Part shown: one piece after another, positions 1 to 12,548 of the stretch | Numbering within the stretch: the stretch's first letter is position 1 | Layout of the letters: each line of letters starts with the position of its first letter | Assembly: GCA_028534125.1 (NCBI GenBank) | Contig: CM052816.1 | Coordinates: 7,936,001-8,000,000, forward strand | DNA: 64,000 nt | Direction of reading: 5' to 3' | DNA from: Lama glama | Lineage: Eukaryota | Program-made: the position numbers and the translations under genes | The notes under the pieces: model-generated | Seen by the model: only the letters and a program-made list of their open reading frames with translations | Told to the model about the DNA's origin: nothing | The model's database searches: none

Positions 1-642
1 GAATGGGCTGGTCCAGATTGAGTTCCACAGGATCTGTGTACCCGGCAAGGCTCGTGCCCAGAGCGCCGAAGCACCGAGGTATCGGCACCGTGGGCCTCCG
101 GGTGGATTACATAACCGCCCCGCCGCCGGGGCCACAGATGCAGCCGGGACCCTCCTCCTCCGCCGCCGCCTCCGCAGCCATCTGTCTCTGCCGCTTCCCT
201 CTCACAGACGAGGCCGCCGCACTGCCGAAAGCGAAGGCCAGCGCCCAGTGGTAAATTCCCCGCATTCCTTCCTCACAGAAAAATAAATAAGCCGGGAGAG
301 AAAAACGCTGGAGGAATGATAATGACGGCCCCAGCACGCTGCAGTCCGCGCGCGCGGAGCGCGGAGCGCGGTCGGCAGCGGAGGGAGCAGAGCGCTCGCA
401 GAGCCCAGCGCGTACGGGTCCCGGCCGGGAAGGCGGCGCCACTGCTTCTCCCGGGGGGGGGGGGGCGTCCTGGCCACCGGCTCTGGGACAGATGAGCCCC
501 CTCTCTCGGCCCCTCGGGCTCCCCCAGGCCCGCCAGCTCTCTCCCGCTCTCAGGCTCGCTCACGTCTGCGGAAGAAGGCGCTGGGAATCCCTGCGTCGTG
601 GCCGGTGACCACCGTGGGCAAACTTGTCAGCGGCCGGCGCCC
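1..642 (-). pseudogene. 5' portion (5'UTR) of a probable processed retrocopy inside the SYNPO intron; parent possibly ZFAND5 (from memory, unverified); its coding part would lie beyond coordinate 1
   Basis: CpG-rich, housekeeping-5'UTR-like sequence (GCG/GAG runs) ending abruptly at about 642 against AT-rich DNA and a MIR; A-rich candidate target-site sequence AAATAATGAAAGTGA (minus strand, 657-643) sits at the junction. Confidence 0.55.
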
Positions 643-661
643 TCACTTTCATTATTTAGGT

Positions 662-825
662 TGCTGTTTACTGAGCACGTCTTAAGTTCCAGGCATTATT
701 ATCATTATTTGATTATGTTTTATTTTATCTTTGCAAGCTGTGGACTGGAAGTACTGTTAGATCCATTTTACAGATGAGGAAACTGAGGCTCAGGAAGGTT
801 TTTGTGATTTACCAAGGTAATTTGC
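662..825 (-). mobile_element. MIR SINE (one of many in the window)
   Basis: MIR core ccattttacagatgaggaaactgaggctcag. Confidence 0.75.
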
Positions 826-2019
826 CCACGCTCTCCGCTCCTGCCTCTCACTCCCATATTCATTCAGCCTGCCTGCCCTCCCCTAGGCAACCCTCCTTTA
901 CCAAATCGAACCATAGATGCAGTGTTTTTCCTTCCCACATGCAGCTCTTCGAGCTACCTTTAGTAAATCACTTCTCTGAGTCTCAACGTCCTTATCAGTA
1001 AACCAGGGATGATTATACCTGCTTTGCAGAGTCACTGCTGAACAAATGAGATGCAGAAATGATTTTTATAGGATAAAGCTCTGTGCACACCTGAGGGGGA
1101 TTTAACTTCAGCCTTTTGCACAAACCTACATCTGCATAACTCTACCAAGTTAGGGCTCTGTCTGTCTCCCTCCCTTCTCCAGCCCTCTGTGGGTCTGGTC
1201 TCGCTCTTCTGTTCACAGTCAGACACAGCTCAACTTTCCCCTCCCCTTTCCACCCCTTCACCTGCCAGCATCCTCTCTGCCGGGGGACCCCCATGTCAAC
1301 CTCTAGCTAATGGGCTGTAGCAGAGAGAACCAGGTTTGAATCCCAGCTCTGCCTCTTGTTAAATGTTAGCACCCAGGCCCTCTTGGAGCAGCCCCCAGGT
1401 CCAAGACTTCTGGGAGGGGAGGTGCAGCTGAGGCTGGCTCCCACCACTCAGTACACAGACAGTCCTGCAGCCAGAAGGGCACTGTGGCCCTGGGCCTGCA
1501 GGAGGCTGCTGACCCTGCCGTCCCCCTGACCCCGTGCCATTCACCAATTACCAGGCATATCTGGCTCCCCTCCTGCAGGAGGAGTCTCCTGCCAAAAGAG
1601 AAGCTGAACCATCCAGCCCCACCCTCCCCTTGTCCCTCAAACTGCAAAAGAAAAGCAGACTGGAGGTCAGGAAATTCGGTTCCACTGTCTGTTTTGTCAT
1701 AGTTTGGGTGAGACATTGGACTAGTTCCGGACCCTCTTTGGGTTTCAGTTTGTCCGTGTGTTTCAGCGAAGGAATTGGACTGGACCAGTGGTTCCTAGAG
1801 TGTAGCACCCCCACACCTCTGGAGTCAGCAAAAGGATTTAAGTGGTACCCTGATACTTAACATCTTAATGGTTATATAAATTTCACATGGGTATTGGGAA
1901 AGGAGTATAATAAGCATACCAAACCTGTGAAGGTATATTACTGCTTAGGGAGAGGTAAAAGTGGATATTTCAGTAACACAAGTTAGACAGTTTAAAGAAA
2001 ACGAGTAAGCACAGGTGGT

Positions 2020-2410
2020 GCACGAACTCATTCATTCAACTGTTATTTACTGTACACCAACTAAGGGCCAGGCACTGTTCATAGCCATGAAGAGAAACAG
2101 ACAAACCCCTGCTTGCATTCTAGCAGGGGAGCAAGATAATAAATTTATAAGTAACTGTACAAGTAGGTCAGATGGCAAATGCTATAGAGAAAAATAAAAC
2201 AGGGGTGGGAGATACACGGACTGCATAGGGTGGGGAGCAGTGTGCAAAGGTAAATAAGGTAATCAAGGTAGGCATCACTGAGAAGTCACATCTGAGTGAA
2301 GAAGGTGAGGGAGTGAGGCATCAGCATGTCTAGGGAAAGACCAGTCAGAGAGAACAGCTGGTGCAAAGGTCCTGAGGCAGGCTTGCACCTGGCTGGTTTG
2401 AGGATAGTGC
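2020..2410 (-). mobile_element. L2 LINE 3' fragment
   Basis: cattcattcaac...gccaggcactgtt...gtgcaaaggtcctgaggcagg, the reverse complement of the L2 3' end. Confidence 0.7.
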
Positions 2411-3299
2411 ACATAATGTGGAGGTGGCACCTGAATGAGGAAAACAGGTTCTCTAGTGGCCTTTCTACTTCTGCCCTTTTGGATCTCAGGGATCCTCTTG
2501 CATTGCAACCATTTGTGTGCACACGCATGCACACTCTGCACCATACACACACTGTATAGCTTCTTCATGCTGGTGGGAACCTAGCTGGCAGCAGCACATC
2601 CTCCTCTGCACACATGCCTGCGAACAAAGGTGCAGCCAGCACACACACCCACAGAGGGGGCAGGACCTACACACCAATGTGTGCACACAGAGCACCTGCC
2701 AGTGTACATGTGGAGATACACAGACGCTCAGGTGGCAGACTGGCACAGATGCACATGCGGCAGGTCCACACCTTGTGGGCAGGCACACATATCTCCCTCC
2801 TGCCGGCCTGCTCTGTCTCCAAGTAACAGAGTCACCAGACCACCTTTACCTAGATGGCACATGTTCCTGGAAAATGGGAAGTGCACTGATGGTGTGGTTT
2901 TAAGTTCACTTCTCCACATCTCTGCACCTTAGTCCCGGTTTTTCTTTTCCAGGGCTACATTAAAATCAGCCACTTGATGCTCAAATGTCCCAAGGGATCA
3001 TGTTGCTGTAGAGAATGTCCCTTTTTCTACCCCTCCTGCAGTTAAATGGACAAGCCATGTAAAATGCCTAGCACAGCACTGTAAACGTTACCAGCCACCA
3101 CCAGCATCGTAGGTCCCCATCCCTGGCTTCCTCCCTTTAGGGTGTTCGGGGTGGGGGGGGGGAACAGCTGAAGAGTAGGAGGAAAGAGCCAGACTGGGAG
3201 CTGGTGACCCGGGTTTTAATCTCAACCTGATCTTCAACTCACTGTGAGGCCTCGGGCAAGTCTTGTCTTCTCTGGCCCAGATCAGAAACCTGTAGGTGC

Positions 3300-3432
3300 T
3301 GCAGAATTTCTCAGAGAGTGGGTCCAAACTGCAGATTCCTGGGCTCTACCCCAGACCCCGGACCACAGAATATACACATTAACCATCTCATCGAGGGGTT
3401 CTGAAGCATAGCCAGATTGGGGACCCACTGGG
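3300..3432. mobile_element. MER5-type hAT-Charlie element
   Basis: gcagattcctgggctctaccccagacc...ggggacccactgg motifs. Confidence 0.6.
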
Positions 3433-5087
3433 TTTTAGAGCTCATGATTTTATAAATGTGTTTATAGGTAAATTAACAGGAAAATGCTTGGAACATTGTC
3501 TGGCAAATAGACCCCATGTTAACAAAAAATACACTTAAGAAAATATATATAAGTAATTTTTACAATCCTTTGAATATTCACATACTTTAATAGTTTTCCT
3601 AACACCTTCATGTCCGTCAGACAAAGAACTACAGCAGGGATAGTGACACGATTTTACAGACAAGAAAATTGAGGCAGAGAAAACCGAGGGTCCTGGCCAG
3701 GATCTCACAGAGCACAGGTCCTTGGCTCCCCTCCAGAGACCTTGGCTCAGCTTCCTGAGATGTGCTACCTCGGGGCCTTATCACCTCGTAACATTTGGTT
3801 TTGATTTCTAACCCACAGTAGACATTGTGTACACAGTGTATACAGTCTTCCATTCCAGCTTTGCAAAAGCCCTGGACATACATGACTTCTCCAGGGACTC
3901 TGGGTTCACTGAGAATGGGACAACCTCAACCAGTTAATTTCCTTCCAGACATAACGACCCTCTCACTGGGTTGTGCAGGGGGTTCTCAAAGCCCTAACGC
4001 TACCTGCTACCATTTGATCTGGAATGGTCTTTCTGTTCTAGCCAAACTGAGTTCAAATCTCAGCTGAGCAGATTACTTACTACTCTGTATATGCCAAGCC
4101 TTGTATATGCTAAGCCTCAGTTTTCTCCTCTGTGAAGGGTTGTCCAAATGTCTACCCTGCAGCAGCGTGACTGTGAAGATTAGGTCTTATGTACGAAGTA
4201 CCCAGCATCAGGCCTGGCACAAACGCTCTGGCAGTGACGGAGCACCATTAAGTCGCAGGCTAAAGCGTGACCTCCTGGAAGGCAGGCATCCTGTCTCGGT
4301 CATCAGGGCACCCACACCCACCCCACGTCAATGCTCGGTTAGTATGCGCTGAATGGATAGGAATGAAATGATATCACCAAAGCACCTCCTTCCTGGTCCC
4401 AGCTCACCGCTGTATTTCACGACCCATTTCCCAGAGTCGGGGCTGGAGGCTCGGAGCAGGGATGCTCAGGGCTAGAGGGACGGTTACAGGTCCAGGGACA
4501 TAGCCTCTTGTCTGCCGCGGTGGTGACGAAGGCCGCCCAGGAGGGCCAAGTTCTGGGACCTGAATGTAATCCTGTTGACTCAGAGGCATAAATAATGCAC
4601 CAGCATGGTTTCTCCTTGTCGCCCTGTCACACTAAGAATAGCACCGGCCACCCTTTCAGGGATTTCTCGGGGAAGAGAGCAGGACACCAAGATGGGGACA
4701 AGCAGAGAAAGATGTCACTAGGCTGTGGACTGTCAAGTGCCCTCCCTTCAAGCCCACCTTTCCAAATCCATAAGACTGAGGACCCTGGAGGTCAGAGCTG
4801 AAAGGGCTCTTAGAGGCACCTGGTCAGGAGAGGCCTGAGAAGATGGGGCACCACCCACCCTCTCCCACCAGGACTGTTCATTTTTTTCTTCTCTCTTCTG
4901 ACACCCGTCCCAGTAATGCGTGTGCCCCAACCCAGCCCCCACACTCCTCCTGTTCCCTGTTCATATGACGAATAAATATAGAGTGGGTGGTTCCCCTCTT
5001 ATGTGTCTCATCTGTAAAACTTTGGAGAGAGAGAAGATTCTATAGCTTTTAATTTTAAAATTTTTTTAAGTTTAAAAATGACTTAGA

Positions 5088-5225
5088 GCAGTGCTTCTTA
5101 TACTTCAATGTACGTAGTAATTGCACAGGGATGTTAAATTGCAGATTCTGGTTCAGGAAGTCTGGGGTGGGGTCTCAGAGTCTGCATTTCTAAGAAACTT
5201 CTGGGTGAGGCTGATTTTGCATCCC
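5088..5225. mobile_element. MER5-type hAT-Charlie element
   Basis: tgcagattctggttcaggaagtctggggtgggg...tctgcatttctaa motifs. Confidence 0.7.
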
Positions 5226-6779
5226 TGGGCCTCAGACAGGAGCCACACACTTCTCACCTCAGGGCCTTTGCACTGGCTGCTACTTTTGCCTAGAACTCTC
5301 TCCTGCTGAAACCCCTCAGTTATTCCTTTCTGGCCATTCTTCTCATCCTTCAGGTCTGTTTACAGGTCCCGGGGAGGGTTCGCCTGCCCTGGGAGGTCAC
5401 ATTCCTTTGCCACAGCACCCTCTCCCTCTCCTCCAAACTCTCATCAGATTAATAATTCCATCATTATTTGCTTTAGCGTCAGTCCGCCCTGCCGCGTGAT
5501 ACACAGCCCCCACAAGGCAGGGGCTTTAGCTGTCATTTCTCCACTGTGTCCCTGCCCCCATGCCTCGGCCAGAGTTGGGCTCAGTATACTTTTGCAGACA
5601 GATTGAGGGAATAAATGAGTAAAAACACTGCCGTGGCAAAGCATTCCACCTCCGTGGTTCCCAGTGACCTTGCTCACCCTGGAGAAGTTGTACAGGGCTG
5701 AGATTTGCAGGATTAACTGGGTGTAGCCCTCTGCTCTGCTCCACTCCAGCTGAGTGGCTTTCACAGGTCACATCACCTCTCTGAGTGGGGCCTACAGCAC
5801 TGTTTGTCAGTCTGCATGAGACATGGAAGCTGGGAAAGGCTCTGAAAGCTGAAAAGAGCTTTAACTGGTAGCACTACTCATCTATGCTTGGGGCCCAGAG
5901 AGGGAAAGGGCCTCATCCAGGGCCACACAGCTGGTGAATGGGGATGCCAGACTCTCAGTAAGCCCACTCAGCTCAGCGAGGGCATCATCTGCCTGGAGGC
6001 TGTGCAGAGGTGGAGGAGGAGAGGAGAGGTGGCTGGGAGCATCCAGCCTCAGGCCCAGAGCCAGGGTTGGGGTGGGTGGGGCCCCCAGCGGGAGCCCTGG
6101 CAGCTGGGCATGGGGGAGCCAACTGGCACGAGCTGGGTGGTGGCAGGCTTGTTCCCCATGCGCGTGACAGTCTATTTTTTAATCACCCTTTCCATCCTCC
6201 AACTCCCTGTGCCCTCCCAAAGGGCCCATATCAGGAATCATGTCCTGGCTGAGAGCTTAGAGATCGGTGGGAGGGTCCCCAAGTCCCATGAGTTCATGAA
6301 GCCCACAAGTTTGAAGCAGCCCTGCAAGCAGGACAGGAGACCCCCGGAGGAAGGGCACCTCCAGTCTGAGTGAACCTGGGCCTGTTCCTAGACTCTCTGA
6401 CCTCAGTTTCCCTGCTCTGTACAGTGATGGGAGTCATGCCAGGCTCCATGGGAGTTCATTACAGCTCAGGCTTTTGGGATCCACTCAAGCTTCACAACAC
6501 TAATGACGCCCACTCGTCAGGCCCTGGCCCAGAGCCTTCTGTGCCCAGAGTATTCCCAGGGCACACTTGATCCTCCCTGACCTACTCCCAGGGGAGGAGG
6601 AGAGAGGAAGATAAGCGGCTGAGCTGGCTCAAGGGTCAACCTCAGAACCCCAGGCCCAGCGAGGCTCCTCCTCCCAGCACCTGAGGGACAGAGATGACGA
6701 GGATCAAAGGGGAATGAGGTGTGTTCCTAAGCAGGTGTCCTGGCCCCTCTGAGCCTCTGGTACTCATCTAAAGCAGGAG

Positions 6780-7000
6780 AGAACGTGTTGTGCAGGTTAA
6801 GCACACAGGCTTTCTGGCCAGACTGCCTAGGTTTGAACTTGGCCAGTTACCAGCTGTGTGACCTTGGGAAGCTCACTTAACCTCTCTGTGCCTCAGTTGC
6901 CCATCTGTAAAATGCTGATGATAACAGTACTTACTTCATAGAGTTGTTGACATGTAAAGAACTTAAAACTCCCTGGCATATGTAAGTAACGATAAACGTG
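6780..7000 (+). mobile_element. MIR SINE
   Basis: agctgtgtgaccttggg...cacttaacctctctgtgcctcagtt.cccatctgtaaaatg. Confidence 0.8.
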
Positions 7001-8289
7001 AATTATTTTTCAAGAACTTTGGCTTTTATCTATTGAACACTCTAAGTCTCCAAGAGATTTTATTCTAGAGGATCACACGCGGGAGTCCCAGGTCAGCCCA
7101 CTCTCCTGTCTGTGAGGCTTAACCAGCCCACCCCTTCCTGACCCACCCTGGTGACACCCCCTCCTGCCGGCCCTGTTGTTTTGGTGTCTGTCAAGCTCTT
7201 TCACACCCACAATTCCCTCATATCCTTCCTAGGCCATTTCGTCGTGGCTCCGAACCGAAGCCTGAGCCCCAGAGGAAGCAACTGATTTGTCCAAGACCAC
7301 CAGCCAGTTAGCTAAGACTGGACGTTCAAGTATCCGTTCCTGAAGCTCGGGCCAGGCCCTTCTCCACTGTGCTGTGCCTGTCCTCCCACCATCAAAACCT
7401 ATTCCTGGCCAACCCTCCAAAAGCAACGTATGCTGAGATCTGAGTCTTGAGCCAAAGTCCATCTCCTCCATGGCTTGCTATTTTAACAGAGATCAAAACA
7501 TGATAATACTAATTAATAAGCAATAGTTATTTTTTATCATCTCATTTAATTTTCAGAATGACAGTACAAGAAACGGTCTATTATTTTTTCTGTTTTATAG
7601 ATGAGGAAATTGAAGCCGAGAGAGATTATATAACATGCTCAAGAGCTCCCAGCAAGCTGGGAAGAAAACGCAGGGTTCCCACCACGGAATCTGCCCATTA
7701 GACACACAGGAAGCAGGTAGCTCAGGAGGAGACTGAATTTTGTTTCACCGGCAGCAACCCTGGGAGGCTGGGCAGGGTAGGGTAGGGTCAAAACAGCACT
7801 ACACTCTGCTGCCTCCCTGAGTGGAAAAGATGAAGCTAGAATGGTGGAATTTCAGGCAGGGGCCAGTTGGTAAAGATTTCATCCCGGAGAGAGAGGGCTT
7901 TGGTGAGCCTCTGGAATTACAGAGCTTGGAGGCTGTCCCCACATTGACTCCTCCTCTGGCCACACTGGGTAGCAATTGATCCATAGCGTCCAGGGACAGT
8001 TCACAAAGGACTCTGAGCTCACACACACACAGGCCTAACTCAGCAGAGCCCGGCCACCCCTGAGACCAGATCACATGGCCTGGGTCCCTTTGGGTCTAAA
8101 GCCTTAAGCCCCAAGGGATGAAAGCATTTTCATAACCTCCAGCCGATGCTCATGCCACCCCCTGCTCTCAGCTTCTAGTTTAGATCATTTACCATCCTCT
8201 GAAATACCCTTCCTCCCAACCAAACCCCTCCCATTCTTCTAGACCCAAGTTCTGGACATGCCAACTCCACAAAGCCAGCCGTGACCACA

Positions 8290-8555
8290 CTTCAAATAAC
8301 ACTCAGGTCTCTGATCCATTGTCCCCTCCAGAGAAAGGCCTTCCCTAGCCACCAGCACAAAGTAGCCCCTCTAAGTGCTCTCCATCTTGGCAACACGGTT
8401 TTCCAGTTGTTTTTCATGCTATTTTTGTCTATTTGAAACTAACTTGCTGATTTCTTTGCTTCCCTTTTTCAGGTCTATCTCTCCAATTAAGATGTAATCT
8501 CCTTGAGAACAGGGACCAATCTATCCTGTTCACTACTGTAACCCCAGTGCCTAAG
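8290..8555 (+). mobile_element. L2 LINE fragment
   Basis: ccctccagagaaaggccttccct...gatgtaatctccttgagaacagggacc...tgttcact.ctgtaaccccagtgcct. Confidence 0.7.
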
Positions 8556-10479
8556 GACCCACCCACCCCATTGCTAGACAGGGACACTGAGGTCCATAAA
8601 AGGCAAGGGATTCACTCAAGCAAGTGACAGAGGTCGGCCTAGCACCTGCAGCTCTGCCCTGCAGCCCAGGGCACTTGGCCTGTCCCCATCCCCACTCCAG
8701 CTGACCCTTCGCTGGCCTGTCTGGCCCCTGCCTCCACACAATAGTGGGGCTAGAGCCTGCTAGTCCTTGACAACAGTGCCCCTCCATTTCCCCAGGGCTT
8801 TCAGTGCCCCAATCTGAGCAGCCCAGCCTGCTTTCCCCTCAGTCCCTCCCTTCCTGGCATCAGCAGCTCTGATGAGCTCATGTCTGGAAGCCTGGGAGCT
8901 GCCCCGAAGGAAAAGGTGCCTCCCAGGCCCAGCCCCTAGGCTGAGAGGTGGGTTCAGCCTTGTGGGATGGCAGCCCTGGCAGGTGGAGAGAGTGTTCTGA
9001 CCCCTGCTGCTGGGCCCAGCCCCTGGGGCTACACAGTGGGCTCAGGGAGACAGGTGTCATCCAGGGAGGTGGGGCATGACTGGGGACGGAGAAGAGACTG
9101 AGAGAAGGCTCTTCCCGTGCCTGTTCCGTCTCTCCAGATGCTCCTCTGCCACGCTGCCCCCTCCTACTTGTCAAAGAGCTGCTCTGTTCCAAGGAAAGGG
9201 GGCTCTGCTCCTCACAGAAGCACCCTGAGCAAAAGTCTTCCCCTCCCAGGCTCAGTCCCTACAACTCAGAAATGGGCAACTTAGATAAAATGCTGACTGA
9301 AGAGGCTAGGGATCAGTTGGAAACCAGGCACCTGAATGCCACAGAGGGGGTGTTTTGTTTTGTTGTTTTTCCTTCTTTCTTTCAACTTAGGGGAAAGGTA
9401 ATAACCAACAAGGAAGGGAAAGAGTTAAAGGCCTTATTTTAACCATGTAGATGCTGATTCCAACCACAGCTTAATTTAGGTGCTAGTCTAAGAGGTGGGG
9501 AGGAGCTAGCCCATGGCCTGCCAAGTGGTGAATAGGAGCCAGGGTGGCACAACAGAAAACAATTTGCTTTTGGGAAGTTCTCTGAATATCAAACTAGAGT
9601 GATCCTAGTCCATTCCCCTCACTGTACAGACAAGGAGCCAGAGAGGAGGAGAAACCATCCCAAAATCTCATATGGGTTGAGATATAAGACAGAGGCAAGC
9701 CCCCCCCCGCCCCCAGCAGAGTATTTTCAACTCTCCCTTGAGGGGTCCCATTCCACTGCCTGAGGTAATGTGGCAAGTAGCGGGAGGAGGAGGTCATCTG
9801 TTTGTGGCAATGCCCCCCCAACACAGGATGGGAGCCAAGCCTGGGACTGGTGACAGGCAGGCTGGAACCAGCAAGGCTTCCAGCCCCTTACCCCTATGCT
9901 ATGGTATGCTAGACCCTCTGATCAGCATCCTATCTCATCCTACGCCTTGCAACACGACAGGGGTGGGGCACCCTCCAACTGTCCCTACAGCCACCACCAG
10001 TACTGCTGTCTCCAGTGCAGTTATTCCCTCACAGGACCACCCTACCCACCCCCACATTGGGAGCCAGAATGGGCAGGAGGCTCACCCCAAGATCACACAG
10101 CAAGTTGGTATATTCCAGTACCACCTGCCACTCAGGGTAGGATGGGGAGTGGGGCACGTGCTGCTTCCCCACTGGCTCTTGTCCCTTGTGAACAACCCAG
10201 ACATAGAACACAGGAGGTCCCTGGCCCCATCCATAACTGGGGGTGGGGATGGGGGTGGGGAGGAAGGGAGACCTTTTCTCGGAGTCCTCAAGGAGGTCCT
10301 GTCAGGGCGCTGGATGGAGCCGCCAGCTTCCACGGTGTAGTGGTTAGAAAGGAGCCCCACCCTCCACTCCTTTCACCTCTAGGGCTTCCGTGCTCGCCTT
10401 GGCGTAGGGGGCAAATTGTGAGAATTTGATGTAGAGCCCTTAGGACCGGTCCCCCTCTCCCCTGAGGCGCTCAGGAAAG

Positions 10480-11420
10480 GCCTTGATTTCCCCAGGTGGG
10501 GCCCGGGCCGGTGTGCCCCGCGGTCTGCCCGTTCCGCGTCCTGCGAGCCTCGCCCGCACGGCCAGACCCGGGCGCCCCGCCCGCGGGAAAGAGGGGCGGG
10601 CGCGGGCCCAGCACACGCCGTTCCCGCTGCCCCACAGGCGCCCATGTTGGTTAACCCAGGGCAGAGCCCAACCCGCCGCTTTCTGGAGTCAAGCCGCTCC
10701 CCTCTCCCCCGGAGCCGGCCGGGGCACGCAGACCTCCGGCTGCTGCCCACCCGCGGGCCCGGGGCTGCCCCGGCCGCGGCCCGCTTGCGCGCTGGCGCTC
10801 GAGGTCTGGAGCTCCCACGAAGCCCCGGGGAGTAGCTTCCCGGCTTCGAGGTGTCCTCCCGGGACCGAGCAGCTACAGAGCTGCGAGATTTCTCCAGCCC
10901 CCCGCCTCCGCCCCACCGTACAGATGGGGAAACTGAGGCCCCGAGTGTACAGCGACTTGGCCAAGGTCACCTGGCGTGCGGGGACTGGAGCCAGACGCGC
11001 CACCTCCACCCGGGCGGCTGCGGGACCAGCGCAGGTGGGAAGGGGCGAGGCTCGCTCGGCGCCGGCACCCCTGCCAGGCCGGCGCCCCTCACTCACCTCC
11101 AGCCTCAGCGCGCGGTCCCCGAGCTCACCAGCGCCGCCACCTCCGCGCACCTGGCCGCGTCCGTCAGCGCGCCCCGCCCCGAGAGCCCCGCCACCCACGC
11201 CCCGCATCGGGCGCCCCCTCCGTGCCGCCGCCACAGCCCCTTCTACCGCCTAGCGGGCTGCTCCAGGACCCGGAGCCGGGAGCGCTGGGCGGGCGAGCGG
11301 CGCTCCTGCCGCCCGCTCCCCGGGGCCCTAGCGCCGCCCCGCCCGCGCGCCCCGCCCAGCCCTCCGAGGTGCGCCTCCCTCTCCCCGGGCTCGGCCTTCG
11401 TCTCCCCTCGGGTCCCGCTC
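10480..11420. promoter_or_regulatory. Intronic CpG island, probable alternative SYNPO promoter with a short first exon on the minus strand
   Basis: Very high GC and CpG density; Sp/KLF GC boxes (ggggcggggc, ggggcgtggg on the minus strand, about 11170-11205); two minus-strand donors, GCTG|gtgagc (exon end 11129) and GGAG|gtgagt (exon end 11097). Confidence 0.75.
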
Positions 11421-12514
11421 TCTCTCCTTTCCTCTCCCTGGCCTCTCTCTCTGCTGCCTGGTTGTCTGTCTCTCTGTTTCCTGCTCAATTTTTGTATCTC
11501 TAGGTCGGTCCCTAAATCCTCTTTCTATTTCAATCAGTTTCTCCATGTCTACCCATCTATCTCATCTCCCTCTCTTTTCTCTATCCTTCTCACGTAACCC
11601 CCCTTTTAAATATGTCTTTGTGATTCTATCCGCATACCTGACACCGCCCCCACCTTCCCAGGCCGTTTCCTTTCAGACCCAGATACAGTACCCTCTCAGG
11701 CCTGTCCTGTCCCCACCTCAGCCCCAGGAACTGGAATAACTGTCCATCTTGGTAGGACTTTGGCAAATGGAGATTAAGGAGGGTTGTCACCTCCCTGGCA
11801 GTCTGGAGCCATCCCCTGACTTAACTGGTGGGCCAGCAACGACAAGGGCAGTGGCGCTGAGAGCCCCGTGGCAGGGGGTCAGTGCTTTTCAGAATCACGT
11901 GGGGACGCTGTTGAAAGTCAGGATTCCCGCAATCAGGTGCCCCCTCCCAGTGGTGGAGGAGCTGGCAGTGGGCTTGGAAACAGGGCTGATAATAAGCACC
12001 CTTAACGCTCCCAGCAATTCTGAAACAAAACCACACTGGAAAAAAATGCTGTTCTGGGTTTTCACCGAAGTTTCCCTGGGTTCCAAGTACCCAGGGTTTA
12101 ACCAGGGTGGTTCCATTTTGACGTCTTTTATATCAAGGTTCTGTGTTTAGATTTCTCCTGAAGGAAGCTGGAACTGTGCTGATGGAAGCCTACCCACCCA
12201 AGGTTCTATAAACTACAGAGCTGCAAGTGGCCTGGTTCTGAGATGACTTCTGTCCCCATTAGGTGGGCTTAGAGTGCCTGGGGTCAGGTGACAGAGGGGA
12301 CAAACCCTTCCTGGCTGCTCCTGCCCCTCTGCTTGGCTTCATGGCTGCAAAGAATTCCTCTGACCCAGTGGCTGCTCTTGTGCGGGGCTACCCTAGGTGA
12401 AAGGGGGAGTGGGCATAGAAGGGGTCTTGGGGATTGGCATCAGGCAGGGTATTGCCTGCCTGTGAGGGCACGTGTTACAGCCCAGCCTGTGGGAAACCAG
12501 GAAACAAACTGTGT

Positions 12515-12516
<2 letters not shown>

Positions 12517-12546
<30 letters not shown>
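12517..12546. repeat. (GA)15 microsatellite
   Basis: Perfect GA run read directly. Confidence 0.95.

Positions 12547-12548
<2 letters not shown>

Noticed and set aside
107-254. Short ORFs in the GC-rich block read as a protein-coding exon, or as the PTP4A1/PTP4A2 uORF
   Set aside because: The minus-strand ATG frame stops after 24 codons, and the resemblance to the PTP4A uORF peptide needs several indels and does not fit the PTP4A leaders as I recall them.
9738-10429. ORFs of 200 and 177 aa
   Set aside because: Antisense to SYNPO, non-ATG or weak starts, no recognisable homology or splice structure.
10483-11597. Overlapping long ORFs (256, 248, 181 and 175 aa)
   Set aside because: Pro/Ala/Arg/Gly-rich frames open on both strands of a CpG island; expected from stop-codon depletion, with no recognisable domain.
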